Of a DNA stretch of 64,000 nt, positions 46,202 to 55,127 are shown one piece after another (positions within the stretch are counted from its first letter, which is position 1; each line of letters begins with the position of its first letter). The notes beneath the pieces were generated by a model. It was given only the letters and a program-made list of their open reading frames with translations, did no database searches and was not told the DNA's origin. Both the position numbers and the translations under genes were made by a program. This stretch comes from Verrucomicrobiales bacterium (GTDB lineage Bacteria; Verrucomicrobiota; Verrucomicrobiia; Limisphaerales; JAYPEY01), in assembly GCA_038126035.1 (NCBI GenBank), contig JAYPEY010000002.1:82837-146836 (forward strand), written 5' to 3'.

Positions 46202-48433
46202 TCACTCCATCAACCAGGCTACCGCCGCATCGGCGTCGCCATTCGCGAAGGTCAGTCCACCTTCGCCGCCGGCGGTCTTGTAGAATCCCTCAACCAGTTG
46301 TCGCCCGGCGCCCTTCTCTCCCGCCAACCACAGTTTGCCCGGCGCGGCGACGGCCAGCATTCCGGGAAGATCATCGTATTTCGCGCCCCCGGGCTGAAAA
46401 TCCACGTGCCGGATGTCGTTGATCTTGTGAAAGCGGAAACCGCCGGTGTCGATCGCCGCCCTGGTCACGACATCGCCCGCCAGCGCCCTGGCCGCGGCCG
46501 CCCAGTGTCCGGCCCCCTTCAGGCCCACCAGGTCGATTGAATCGGACTTCCGCTCGTGGTCGTGCACGAAATCGATCACGCTCAGGATGTCATGCGCCCG
46601 CCGGGCGAAAAGCGAGTGATTGAAGCCGTGTGTGTAGCCCGCGAACTCGCGTGGATTGGCGACCTTCCGCGCCTGGGGATGCGTCGCCTCCTCCTTCAAG
46701 AACTCACCTTGATAAAGCAGGTCCACGCCAATCACCGTGGCGCCGTCCGCCAGCAACTTCCGAACGCCGGCTTTCGGTTGATACCCGCCCCCTTCGGACT
46801 CGAACAAGCCCGCCTTGCCGTCCTGGTGGACCCAGATCACTGAATTACCGTTCCAGTTCTTGGGATGCAGGAACACGATGGGAATCTCCTCCTGGTGCGT
46901 CGTGTTCTTCAACAGACCGGCCATTTCCAGATGATCGCCGCGATCCGACTTCTCGCCCATGTCGAATTCCGTGTCGCCGACCTCGCTCAGGCCGCGCCCG
47001 AGCACGACCTCCAGGGCCCCGCCGACCAACCGGCGGTAGGTTTCCGCACTCTCTCGCGCCGCGCCGATCTGCGCGTTCGAGTCCTTCCGGATTCCAGCCA
47101 GGAGTCTGCGTTCGAAGTCAACGCCGCCCTCCGGTTGCGGATGCTCCGAATTCCAGACCGTGGTCTCCTCGTGGGTCAATCGACGGTAGTCGCGCTCGAG
47201 GACCGGATCCTTGAAACCCAGTTTAAAATGCCTGTTCACCCAGGAATACATCGCCGTGCGGCTGACGTGGTTGTAGTTGTGCTTGAAATGGGTGTTCGCC
47301 CAAAGCGTCACGTTCTTCGGCGCGCCCAGCATCTTGTAATGCGCCTGCAACTCGGGAAACCCCTTGGTCTTCATCTCCACGGTCCAGTCATCGGCCGCTG
47401 TGAGCCCCTGCGGTTTGGGCGCAAACAACGCGGCAAACTCGATGTTCCCGGTATCGACGCGCAGCAGGGACGCATTCTCGCAGGTGCAACCGCCCTGCAT
47501 GGCGGTGGAAACCATCACCGCCGGGACAGCCAGATCGATCCGATCATCCAGGGCCGCGAGCATGAAGGTCTGCGTCCCGCCTCCGCTCGCTCCGGTCACC
47601 GCCAACCGGTCCGGATCCACGCCGGGCAGGGTCAGCACGAAATCCAGCGCCCGCATGGAATTCCAGGTCTGCAGACCGAACACGTTCTGAAGGTTCGATT
47701 CAGCCTGCGGACTAAACAGGGCCCAGTTCTTGTCCGTGTTGTTGGCGGCAACCTGCTTGGCGAACCGGTGCGCGCGATCATAGCCGATCTGCTGGCTGTC
47801 CGAGTAGCCGATCATGTCGTAGTGGAAGACCACGCAGCCCATCCGCGCCAACTGCACGCAGCGCGCCTGGATGTGATTGCGCCCCCCCTCCTCAAAGCGC
47901 TCCGCGCCGATCGCAATCTCCGCGCGCACGGCGTCGATGCCCTTGTCATAGAACCGCGCGTCGCGCCAATGTCCGTGTGGACACAGGATCGCCGGCATCT
48001 TCTTCTTCTGATCCGCCGGCCGATACAGATTGCCGGTCACGTAGAACCCGGGAAAGCTTTCGAAGAACACCTTTTCCACGGTGTAGTCATGCCGCCGGGT
48101 CAAGCCATGCACGACCGCATTCAATGGCGTGCGTTCCGGCAGGGGCCAAAGCCCGTTGGCGACCAGCAACTGGCGTCGCACCCGCTCCTTCCGCTTCGCC
48201 CAGGCCGCCTTGTTCGCGGACGGCGTGAATGGAAAATAGCCGTTCAAATCCTTCAGCGGCGCCAGGCGCGAATCGTTCGGGAGCCTCCCGTCAGGCAGGA
48301 CGTCCGGCCCCGACGCAAAGGCCGGAAGAGACACCGCCAGACACGCGCCCAAAACCGGCAGGGCGGGTCGACCGACAAGGCGACGGAGGAGGTTGGAAAA
48401 AAGGGAGGAACCGAGGGGGTGATTGGGCTTCAT
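46202..48433 (-). CDS. Secreted alpha/beta hydrolase (acetyl-xylan-esterase / dienelactone-hydrolase-like)
   Basis: Signal peptide; nucleophile elbow VTGASGGGTQTF (GxSxG); PAILCPHGHW; a second C-terminal alpha/beta-like half. Confidence 0.65.
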   Translation of the reverse strand: MKPNHPLGSSLFSNLLRRLVGRPALPVLGACLAVSLPAFASGPDVLPDGRLPNDSRLAPLKDLNGYFPFTPSANKAAWAKRKERVRRQLLVANGLWPLPERTPLNAVVHGLTRRHDYTVEKVFFESFPGFYVTGNLYRPADQKKKMPAILCPHGHWRDARFYDKGIDAVRAEIAIGAERFEEGGRNHIQARCVQLARMGCVVFHYDMIGYSDSQQIGYDRAHRFAKQVAANNTDKNWALFSPQAESNLQNVFGLQTWNSMRALDFVLTLPGVDPDRLAVTGASGGGTQTFMLAALDDRIDLAVPAVMVSTAMQGGCTCENASLLRVDTGNIEFAALFAPKPQGLTAADDWTVEMKTKGFPELQAHYKMLGAPKNVTLWANTHFKHNYNHVSRTAMYSWVNRHFKLGFKDPVLERDYRRLTHEETTVWNSEHPQPEGGVDFERRLLAGIRKDSNAQIGAARESAETYRRLVGGALEVVLGRGLSEVGDTEFDMGEKSDRGDHLEMAGLLKNTTHQEEIPIVFLHPKNWNGNSVIWVHQDGKAGLFESEGGGYQPKAGVRKLLADGATVIGVDLLYQGEFLKEEATHPQARKVANPREFAGYTHGFNHSLFARRAHDILSVIDFVHDHERKSDSIDLVGLKGAGHWAAAARALAGDVVTRAAIDTGGFRFHKINDIRHVDFQPGGAKYDDLPGMLAVAAPGKLWLAGEKGAGRQLVEGFYKTAGGEGGLTFANGDADAAVAWLME

Positions 48434-48572
48434 GATCGTTTCTTTAAGTGAGGCTGTATCTAACGCGGCCGACTCCCGTTTGACAAGCCGCGCGGCGAAG
48501 GATTGACGCTTCGTGGTGAAACCGACGTGACGAACCGGGGTTCATGCCCTTAACTGATGTTCGATCCCAGAC

Positions 48573-49676
48573 ATGAAACATCACCGCTCTCCGTTGTTCA
48601 TTCTCACGGCCGCGCTTTGCGCGACCCCATCCATCTTCCACGCCGCCCCGGCGAAGCTGCAGTACAACCACCAGGATATCCGGATCCCGGCGGCGACGGC
48701 CGACGAACCGTTGGCGAAAGCCTTGTCGATCGAGAAGGCCTCCGCATATCTGGACGCCGCAGCCAAGGCTTGGGCCGGCCAACGCAGTTGTGTCTCCTGC
48801 CACACGACCGGGGCCTACCTCCGCTACCGCCCCGCCCTGACCGCCCGACTCGGCAAACCGGACAGCGAGATGCGCGGGTTCTTCATTGCTGAGTTGAACA
48901 AGCTCAAGGCTGCGGACCGTTCCAAATTCAACAGCGGCACCCGCACGGCCCAGGCGGTCTATATCGCCGCCGGACTCGCCGAATGGGACAAGCACGTGAC
49001 GAAGAAGCTGTCAGGGGAAACCGTCGAGGCCCTGCGTTTCATGTTTGAACTCCAGCAGGAAAATGGCGCCTGGCAATCGCTCGACTGCTGGCCGCCCTAT
49101 GAATCCAGCGCCTACCAGGAAGCCACGGTCGCTGTCATGGCCGCGGCATCCGCGCCCGGGTGGCTGCAGTCCGATCTCGATCCCCGGTCCAGGAATGGAG
49201 TCCGGCGAGCCAAGAAATACCTCGTTCACACCGCCCCCCCGCACGACTATGCGCGCGTTCTGAAGCTTTGGGCTGCCACACAACTGCCGTCCCTCGTCCA
49301 GCCCGATGAAGGCGCCGGATTGATCAAAATGATCTGGGAACATCAGAACGACGACGGTGGTTGGTCCATCCGCTCCTTCGCCCTGCCCGAAGAATGGGGC
49401 AACGGCAACCGCGCCGGGAAATTGCGAAAGGAACCTGAATACAGGTCACCGCCCAGCGACGGTCACATGACCGGCCTGGCCGTGCTGGTTCTCCGGGAAA
49501 CCGGCGTTCCCAAGGACGATCCGCGACTCCGGAAGGCAGTGAAATGGATCAAATCCAACCAACGCGAATCCGGCCGCTGGTGGACGCGCTCCCTGAACAC
49601 CGACAAGTTTCACTTCATCACCTACAGCGGAACAGCCTATTCCCTGCTGGCATTGGAGAAGTGTGGCGAGCTTTGA
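48573..49676 (+). CDS. Secreted prenyltransferase/squalene-oxidase-repeat (alpha/alpha toroid) protein with an N-terminal CxxCH haem motif
   Basis: CVSCHTTG; ENGAWQS, DDGGWSIRSF and ESGRWW repeats; C-terminal TAYSLLALEKCG. Confidence 0.55.
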   Translation: MKHHRSPLFILTAALCATPSIFHAAPAKLQYNHQDIRIPAATADEPLAKALSIEKASAYLDAAAKAWAGQRSCVSCHTTGAYLRYRPALTARLGKPDSEMRGFFIAELNKLKAADRSKFNSGTRTAQAVYIAAGLAEWDKHVTKKLSGETVEALRFMFELQQENGAWQSLDCWPPYESSAYQEATVAVMAAASAPGWLQSDLDPRSRNGVRRAKKYLVHTAPPHDYARVLKLWAATQLPSLVQPDEGAGLIKMIWEHQNDDGGWSIRSFALPEEWGNGNRAGKLRKEPEYRSPPSDGHMTGLAVLVLRETGVPKDDPRLRKAVKWIKSNQRESGRWWTRSLNTDKFHFITYSGTAYSLLALEKCGEL

Positions 49677-49677
49677 A

Positions 49678-50127
49678 ATGAACGGTGTCATCAGCCTCCG
49701 CCCCGCGACGGCCGCAGACCTCGATTGGCTGGAGCCCTTCTACGAAAGGTTGATGCGCCCTCTCGTTGAACTAACCCACGAATGGAATCCCAATGCGTTC
49801 CGCGGATCGTTCGATCCTTCCACCACCTCGATCGTTCAACTCGACGGCGAAGCCATCGGAATGCTCAAGACCGAATCTGCTGTCGACTGCCTTCACCTGC
49901 GGGACATTCAGGTGAAAGAGGAGTTCCAAGGTCGTGGAATTGGCTCAATCATTCTGCGCGACGTTCTGAACAAGGCGGATGGCGAGGGGAAACCGGTCCG
50001 ACTCCGGGTATTGAAAGCAAACCGCGCCGTGGCGTGGTATGAACGATTCGGATTCCAGGTCACCGGGGAGCAAGCTCACGCCTGGTTGATGCAAAAGCCG
50101 GCGGGCGACCCACCAAAATCAGCATAA
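49678..50127 (+). CDS. GNAT family N-acetyltransferase
   Basis: ..IQVKEEFQGRGIGSIILRDVL.. (Q/RxxGxG/A acetyl-CoA motif). ATG at 49678, directly after the upstream stop, preferred over the track's GTG at 49663. Confidence 0.8.
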   Translation: MNGVISLRPATAADLDWLEPFYERLMRPLVELTHEWNPNAFRGSFDPSTTSIVQLDGEAIGMLKTESAVDCLHLRDIQVKEEFQGRGIGSIILRDVLNKADGEGKPVRLRVLKANRAVAWYERFGFQVTGEQAHAWLMQKPAGDPPKSA

Positions 50128-50200
50128 AGCCAGACGTCCCAGCCCTTCAGGCACGCCCAGACTCTTTTGCTTCTTGCGCCTCTTTGCGGCAAGAATGCTT

Positions 50201-51130
50201 TCAGTGCATCTCAACGTCGCAGACGCCGATGCCCGGGCGGTAGTAGTTGAACTGCACGTTCGGGTGATCGGCGAGCAGCGACATCGGGACGGCCGAGTCG
50301 GCCAACCCCTTGGAAATCATGAACGGCGTCAGGCGTTGGCCAAAAGGATTGTCATGCGTGCCCGCATGCCAGATGGAGACCTTCTCAGCCTTCCAGGTTT
50401 CCTGCGGCCCGACGGTGATCGCCTGTTGCGGAACCATCGTGATGTTGCCGCCGCCTGATGTGCGGGCGTTCTGCGCCAGCGTGATCGGGTGCAACTCGAC
50501 AATCCGCGTGCCAAGCTGGCGATACTCCTCGGAACTGGGCGGCACGTCCTTGTGAGCCCCCTCCCGCCGCAACGGATCGTTGAACGCCCAATGCTTGATA
50601 TCGCCCTGCCCGCCCTGCATGACGGCGCAGCGGACGCCTTCCCAGCTGTTGATGTAGGCGCTCGTGTCGGCGGTGGGGAAATGAAGATTCGAATCCGGCA
50701 TGACCAACCCGGAATCGATCCGATTGAAGCAGAGCTCCCGGTCCGCCTTCTCAAATGAAAGCGGGTGGTCGGTCGAAACCTCCTTCTCCCCGTCATACCA
50801 CTCATCCATCCCCCAGAAATGGGCGGAGTTCACATTGAGCCCCAGTTCATTGACCAGGCGCGCCACCAGCGGCAGTTGCTCCGTCGGGCCGATCGGTCCG
50901 CAGATGCCGACCGGGTTGTCATCGGTCGACTGCTTCCAGGCGTTGATGTATTCCAATGCCTCTGCCAGGTAGAAATCCTCCAGGGTGTCGTAGAAGACCA
51001 CCTTGAAGCCCGGCCTCGACAACTGAAGGACATCGTCGGCCGAAAGCGAAGCGGCATCGCGGATGATTTCGTCGTCAAGGGTCGTGTAATCCCACCAGTC
51101 GGGGGCGATGGAGCTGAGTTTGCGTGGCAT
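50201..51130 (-). CDS. Glucosamine-6-phosphate deaminase / 6-phosphogluconolactonase-family protein (long form)
   Basis: ..[22 protein letters not shown].. resembles the NagB/Pgl sugar-isomerase fold. At 309 aa it is longer than classical NagB. Confidence 0.65.
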   Translation of the reverse strand: MPRKLSSIAPDWWDYTTLDDEIIRDAASLSADDVLQLSRPGFKVVFYDTLEDFYLAEALEYINAWKQSTDDNPVGICGPIGPTEQLPLVARLVNELGLNVNSAHFWGMDEWYDGEKEVSTDHPLSFEKADRELCFNRIDSGLVMPDSNLHFPTADTSAYINSWEGVRCAVMQGGQGDIKHWAFNDPLRREGAHKDVPPSSEEYRQLGTRIVELHPITLAQNARTSGGGNITMVPQQAITVGPQETWKAEKVSIWHAGTHDNPFGQRLTPFMISKGLADSAVPMSLLADHPNVQFNYYRPGIGVCDVEMH

Positions 51131-51176
51131 GAGTTGTTCGTTGGTTGAGGCCGAGAGGGGTTGTCAGGTTGCCATT

Positions 51177-51335
51177 AAACTCGAATATCGAAATGCGAAA
51201 CAAATCAGAAATCGGAAATTCGAAATCCTAAACTTCACGGGCGTTTGTGAAGAAGTCCAATCGGCGTCCTGCATTACGTTTCGAGATTTCGAGCATTCGG
51301 GCTTGTTTCGAATTTCGAGATTTCGGCTTTCGGAT
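51177..51335. repeat. Long low-GC imperfect palindrome (family B), second copy
   Basis: Arms ..TCGAAATGCGAAACAAATCAGAAATCGGAAATTCGAAATCC.. / ..GTTTCGAATTTCGAGATTTCGGCTTTCGGATTT, with a central CTTCAC-GGGCGTTT-GTGAAG hairpin. It fills the spacer between two same-strand genes. Confidence 0.75.
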
Positions 51336-52151
51336 TTATCCCAATTGCTTCTCGTAGTTCTTGTTGATCCTGCAGTCCTTCTTCAAGGCGTCCTTCAGGG
51401 GGTCGATCTCCCCGCCGCTGAAGCCAAGGTGCAGATGCCGGCGCCAGCCCTCCGCGTGCTTGAACTTCCCGGACATCTTCCCCACCACGCGGGAATAATG
51501 GTCCATCGTCTTGAGGTAGGAGTTCATTCCCTGGCTGACGCCGAGCCAGTCCTGCTGACTCTTGTGCGCCGCCAGCGACTCGATCTTCGTCTCATGGACG
51601 GGTGTGGTGTTCACGTAGGAGCCCGGTTCGATCCTGCCGCGCAAGGGATCGCACAATCCATGCGGCATGGCATGGTAAACCGTGATGTCCTGATCGGTCG
51701 GCTCGCGATGCGGCGTGACCTTGAAGTTCGGCATCCCCTTGGAGAAGGCCGCGGTAACCGCCAGTCGGCAGGTCTCCATGTGATCCTCCATGTAATCCTG
51801 CGGCGAATGCGTCAGCACGATGTCCGGCCGGGCGGCGCGGATCACCGAGGCGACCTTCCTCAGCGTCGGGACGTTGTAGAGAATCTCGAGGTCATTGCAC
51901 ATGGGCGCGTGCCATGTGGCGCCCAGAATCTTCGCGGCGTCCTGCGCCTCCTTCCGCCGTTTGCGCGCGGTCGTCGCCGGGTCAAACTGCACGCTGCCAC
52001 CATTGCCGCGGGAGAGGTTCAGGTAATGCAGTTCGTAGCCGGCGCGACCGAGCATCATCAGCGTGCCCGCCATGTAATACTCGATGTCGTCCGGGTGCGC
52101 GGCGATCGCCAGCGCGGCCCTGCGAACGGGAGCTGCCTTCTTGTCCGCCAC
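51336..52151 (-). CDS. PIG-L / LmbE family N-acetylglucosaminyl deacetylase
   Basis: AIAAHPDDIEYYMAGT (AHPDD motif), HSPQDYMEDH. GTG start 3 nt after the upstream stop. Confidence 0.85.
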   Translation of the reverse strand: MADKKAAPVRRAALAIAAHPDDIEYYMAGTLMMLGRAGYELHYLNLSRGNGGSVQFDPATTARKRRKEAQDAAKILGATWHAPMCNDLEILYNVPTLRKVASVIRAARPDIVLTHSPQDYMEDHMETCRLAVTAAFSKGMPNFKVTPHREPTDQDITVYHAMPHGLCDPLRGRIEPGSYVNTTPVHETKIESLAAHKSQQDWLGVSQGMNSYLKTMDHYSRVVGKMSGKFKHAEGWRRHLHLGFSGGEIDPLKDALKKDCRINKNYEKQLG

Positions 52152-52154
52152 GGC

Positions 52155-53183
52155 TCAGATCTTCACCGGTTTGCCCGTCTCGGCGGATTTGTCCGCGGCG
52201 AAGACGACCTGGAACGACTTGTAGGATTCGTCGTAACTGGTCAGCGCCATCTTCTTCCCCTTCGACAGGCTGGTGAAGAATTCCTGGAACTGGGTCTGGT
52301 AGGGATGATCCGAGACATCGCCCGAATCGAGCATCGTCATGTCCAACGTGTCCCAGCCGCCCTTCTCCAGGCCGTTGAGCTTCGTGGAATAGAACTTGTT
52401 GTCCAGCAGGCTGCCCTCGCTGCCCACGAGGTGGGTGTGGAAGTAATAGGGCTGGATGCAGTCGACCACCGCCGCGCACTTGCCGACCGCGCCGTTGGCG
52501 AACTTGATGATCGTGACGCTGGTGGTCGTGTATTCGTAGGGTTTGAAGATCTTGCTGGCGGAACGCGTGTCGTAGCTGGTCACCTCCACCGGGTCGTTGC
52601 CCATGCACATGAGCAACGCGTCCAGGGCATGACATCCCGCGGTCAGCAGGGAACTGCCGCCGGCCTCCTTCTTCACGTTCCAGCGGAACTGGCCATACCA
52701 GGGACCGATGCCGTGGTAGTAGTCGATCTCACCGTAGTGCAGCTTGCCGAGCAGACCCTGGTCGATGACGCGCTTGGTCACCTGAAACTGACTCGAGAAC
52801 CGGCACTCGAAGCAGACGCACGACTGGACGCCCGCCTTCTCGATCGCTTTCTTGATCGTCGTGCAGTCCTTCAGGTTCATGGCGATCGGCTTCTCCAGGA
52901 TGATGTGCTTCCCGGCCTTGGCCGCCGCCACCGCCTGCGCGGCGTGCTGATCCGGATAGCTCGTGATGTCCACGACATCGATCGAGTCGTCCTTCATGAA
53001 CTCCTTCAGATCCGTGTAGGTCTTGATGGGCGATCCGTATTGCTCGCTCAGGGCCTTGTCGTCCTGGGGGCGCGAGGAATAGATCGCTGTGACCTGCGCG
53101 TTGGAACAGGCATTGATGGCGGGAATATGGGCCGTGGCAGCCCAACCATAACCGATGACACCGACGTTGTATTTTTTGGCCAT
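52155..53183 (-). CDS. Gfo/Idh/MocA family oxidoreductase
   Basis: MAKKYNVGVIGYGWAATAHIPA Rossmann N-terminus, EKP motif (ILEKPIA). Alternative start at 53210. Confidence 0.85.
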   Translation of the reverse strand: MAKKYNVGVIGYGWAATAHIPAINACSNAQVTAIYSSRPQDDKALSEQYGSPIKTYTDLKEFMKDDSIDVVDITSYPDQHAAQAVAAAKAGKHIILEKPIAMNLKDCTTIKKAIEKAGVQSCVCFECRFSSQFQVTKRVIDQGLLGKLHYGEIDYYHGIGPWYGQFRWNVKKEAGGSSLLTAGCHALDALLMCMGNDPVEVTSYDTRSASKIFKPYEYTTTSVTIIKFANGAVGKCAAVVDCIQPYYFHTHLVGSEGSLLDNKFYSTKLNGLEKGGWDTLDMTMLDSGDVSDHPYQTQFQEFFTSLSKGKKMALTSYDESYKSFQVVFAADKSAETGKPVKI

Positions 53184-53252
53184 AGACCGGGGAGTTTGTG
53201 GAATTGGCATCGTTTGTCAAAAGCAAAGGCGGCCCGGCGGATGAAGGGGGTT

Positions 53253-54329
53253 TCACCAACCGTTCGCCCGCAGCACATCGGCGATCTTCACCGGCCGGCC
53301 GCCCTGGCGCTTGCTCTCATCAGCCGCCTCCATGAAGGCGTAGATTTCAATCGTCTCCTCCATGGAAACAGGCGGCTTGCCGGTCTGGAAGAACTTCACG
53401 CATTCCACCAGCATGGGCGTGTAGTCGCCGCGTTGGGTCTGCTCCACAACCTTCTTTGTGCCGAAAGCCGTGACCTTGTAGCCTCGGGTGCCGCGCAAGC
53501 CGATGAAGGTCCCCACCTTGCCGTCCTTCCACACCCCGGTGACCACGTCAGTCTGCTCCGTGGACGTCCGCACAACGCTTTCACAGCCCCGCCCCATGAC
53601 GGTGAACAGGGCTTCCGTCCCGTGAATGCCATACCAGAACAGGTCCGGATGACTCGGCTCCAGCGAACAGGGCCCGTAGGAGACCGCCGCCGTCAACTCG
53701 CCGTAGGGCGCCTTCGCCACTTCCTGAACTCCCGGATAAAAACGCAGCGAGGACGAACTCCAGACCGGCGTCTGATACTTCTTCGCCAGCTTGTGGATCT
53801 CAATGGCGTCCTTCAGCGACCCGGCAATCGGCTTGTCGATGAACATCGGCTTTCGCGCCTTGATCACCGGAAGGGCCTGCTCCAGGTGCGGCCGGCCATC
53901 CACGCTCTCCAGCATGACGACGTCCACGTTCTCGCACATCTCCTCGATCGTGTCGTAGAGCTTCACGCCATACTGCTTGACGAGCGTCTCGGTGAACTTG
54001 TCGATCCGGTCGCGACTGGAGGGGATATCCGGGCTCCCGCCCTTGAAGGCGGCGACCACTTTCGCCCCCGGCACATGACTCTTGCTCTTGGGGTCGTTGA
54101 ACCGTGAGGTGAAGGCCGTCACGTGGGAGGTGTCCAGGCCGATCAGGCCGACGCGGAACACCTTCGCAGGCGCCTTCCCGGCTTTCGCGTCGGTCTTCGC
54201 CTTCTCGGCGGCTTTCCCGGCCGGACGCGCTTTGGCTCCAGGCTTCTCTGCCGGTTTCTCTGCCGCGGCGACCAACGCGATGGATGATGCAAGAACGAGT
54301 AGGGGAAGAACGGATTGACGAAGCTTCAT
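53253..54329 (-). CDS. Gfo/Idh/MocA-like oxidoreductase with signal peptide and Ala/Lys/Pro-rich linker
   Basis: MKLRQSVLPLLVLASSIALVAA, then AEKPAEKPGAKARPAGKAAEKAK..., then FRVGLIGLDTSHV, FIDKPIAG. Alternative start at 54350. Confidence 0.8.
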   Translation of the reverse strand: MKLRQSVLPLLVLASSIALVAAAEKPAEKPGAKARPAGKAAEKAKTDAKAGKAPAKVFRVGLIGLDTSHVTAFTSRFNDPKSKSHVPGAKVVAAFKGGSPDIPSSRDRIDKFTETLVKQYGVKLYDTIEEMCENVDVVMLESVDGRPHLEQALPVIKARKPMFIDKPIAGSLKDAIEIHKLAKKYQTPVWSSSSLRFYPGVQEVAKAPYGELTAAVSYGPCSLEPSHPDLFWYGIHGTEALFTVMGRGCESVVRTSTEQTDVVTGVWKDGKVGTFIGLRGTRGYKVTAFGTKKVVEQTQRGDYTPMLVECVKFFQTGKPPVSMEETIEIYAFMEAADESKRQGGRPVKIADVLRANGW

Positions 54330-54563
54330 TGGGCACCGATTTCCGGGCATCGGGCGGCCTGAGGCAAGTCAATTCTCCGGACTTCGGCGGGATGAGGTCA
54401 ACGGATTCCTCAGCGGGAAAGCCTTCAGACGCAGAAGGGCTGAACAACCGGCGCGGAAATCATTCCGCTTCAACGTTCGAAAACGGCGGCCCCTGACAAG
54501 ACCCAGGACGCAGAACCAGCCAGCGCGGAGGCGGAATCGACTCCGCTCCGATAAAAACGCCAA

Positions 54564-54908
54564 TCAGGCGTTCATGATCACGTAGGCGTAGGCCATCAGC
54601 GCCAACGGGATCGCCCAGATGATCATGTAAACGGTCATGCCGATCGCGCCGAACTTGCGCAGATCCTTGTCGATCTGTTTGATGGTGAGCAGCCAAGCGA
54701 TTCCGTAAGGAGGAAAAAGCAGGAAGGTGATGCGGGTGTGCTCCGGAATTTCGAGCTGCTTGCCGCGCTTCTTCTTCTTTTTCTTCTTTTGCGGGCCGCC
54801 ATCGCCTCCGGATTGGGCCGCCTGTTGCTCCTCCCGCATGGACCTGGCGTCCTTCTTCACCAACGGCTCCTGGGGGTTCTCCTGCTGTTCCTTGCTATCC
54901 TCAGCCAT
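54564..54908 (-). CDS. Small membrane protein with an acidic/Lys-rich N-terminus (K7 run) and two hydrophobic segments
   Basis: MAEDSKEQQENPQEP...PQKKKKKKKRGK...ITFLLFPPYGIAWLL...AIGMTVYMIIWAIPLALMAYAYVI. No family recognised. Confidence 0.5.
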   Translation of the reverse strand: MAEDSKEQQENPQEPLVKKDARSMREEQQAAQSGGDGGPQKKKKKKKRGKQLEIPEHTRITFLLFPPYGIAWLLTIKQIDKDLRKFGAIGMTVYMIIWAIPLALMAYAYVIMNA

Positions 54909-55127
54909 GACGGCCTCGCAATCTTGATCTGGTTCAATGGTTGACCTGCGACCAACGGCACCCTTTGAAACAAAGAACAGCCCTTTCCGCAATCCCATAA
55001 TCCACCCAAACAGACTTTGCTTGAGAAAACGACGCTTTGGTGCCTACTTTATCGCCATCCGAGAATCCCGCCGATGCGTTGCGGCGAAAGCGATTCCGGG
55101 CGGACTGCCGGCATTGTTGTACACCCC

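Noticed and set aside
51108-54107. Very long ORFs on the strand opposite clearly identifiable genes: 51108-54107 (+), 3517-5220 (-), 9948-10850 (-), 10851-12479 (-), 14785-16338 (+), 27296-29374 (+), 39089-40744 (-), 55044-56114 (-), 62745-63959 (-) and 33563-34642 (-).
   Set aside because: GC-rich DNA yields long stop-free antisense frames. Their translations are Arg/Gly/Ala/Pro/His-rich low-complexity strings with no motifs. The opposite strand in each case encodes a protein with clear family signatures (lepA, serS, SHC, DUF1501, Gfo/Idh/MocA and others).
54761-54790. A poly-Lys (K7) run in the small membrane protein as a programmed ribosome-slippage site.
   Set aside because: The run is encoded mostly by AAG with only one short A5 stretch. 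No alternative frame continues into a meaningful ORF.
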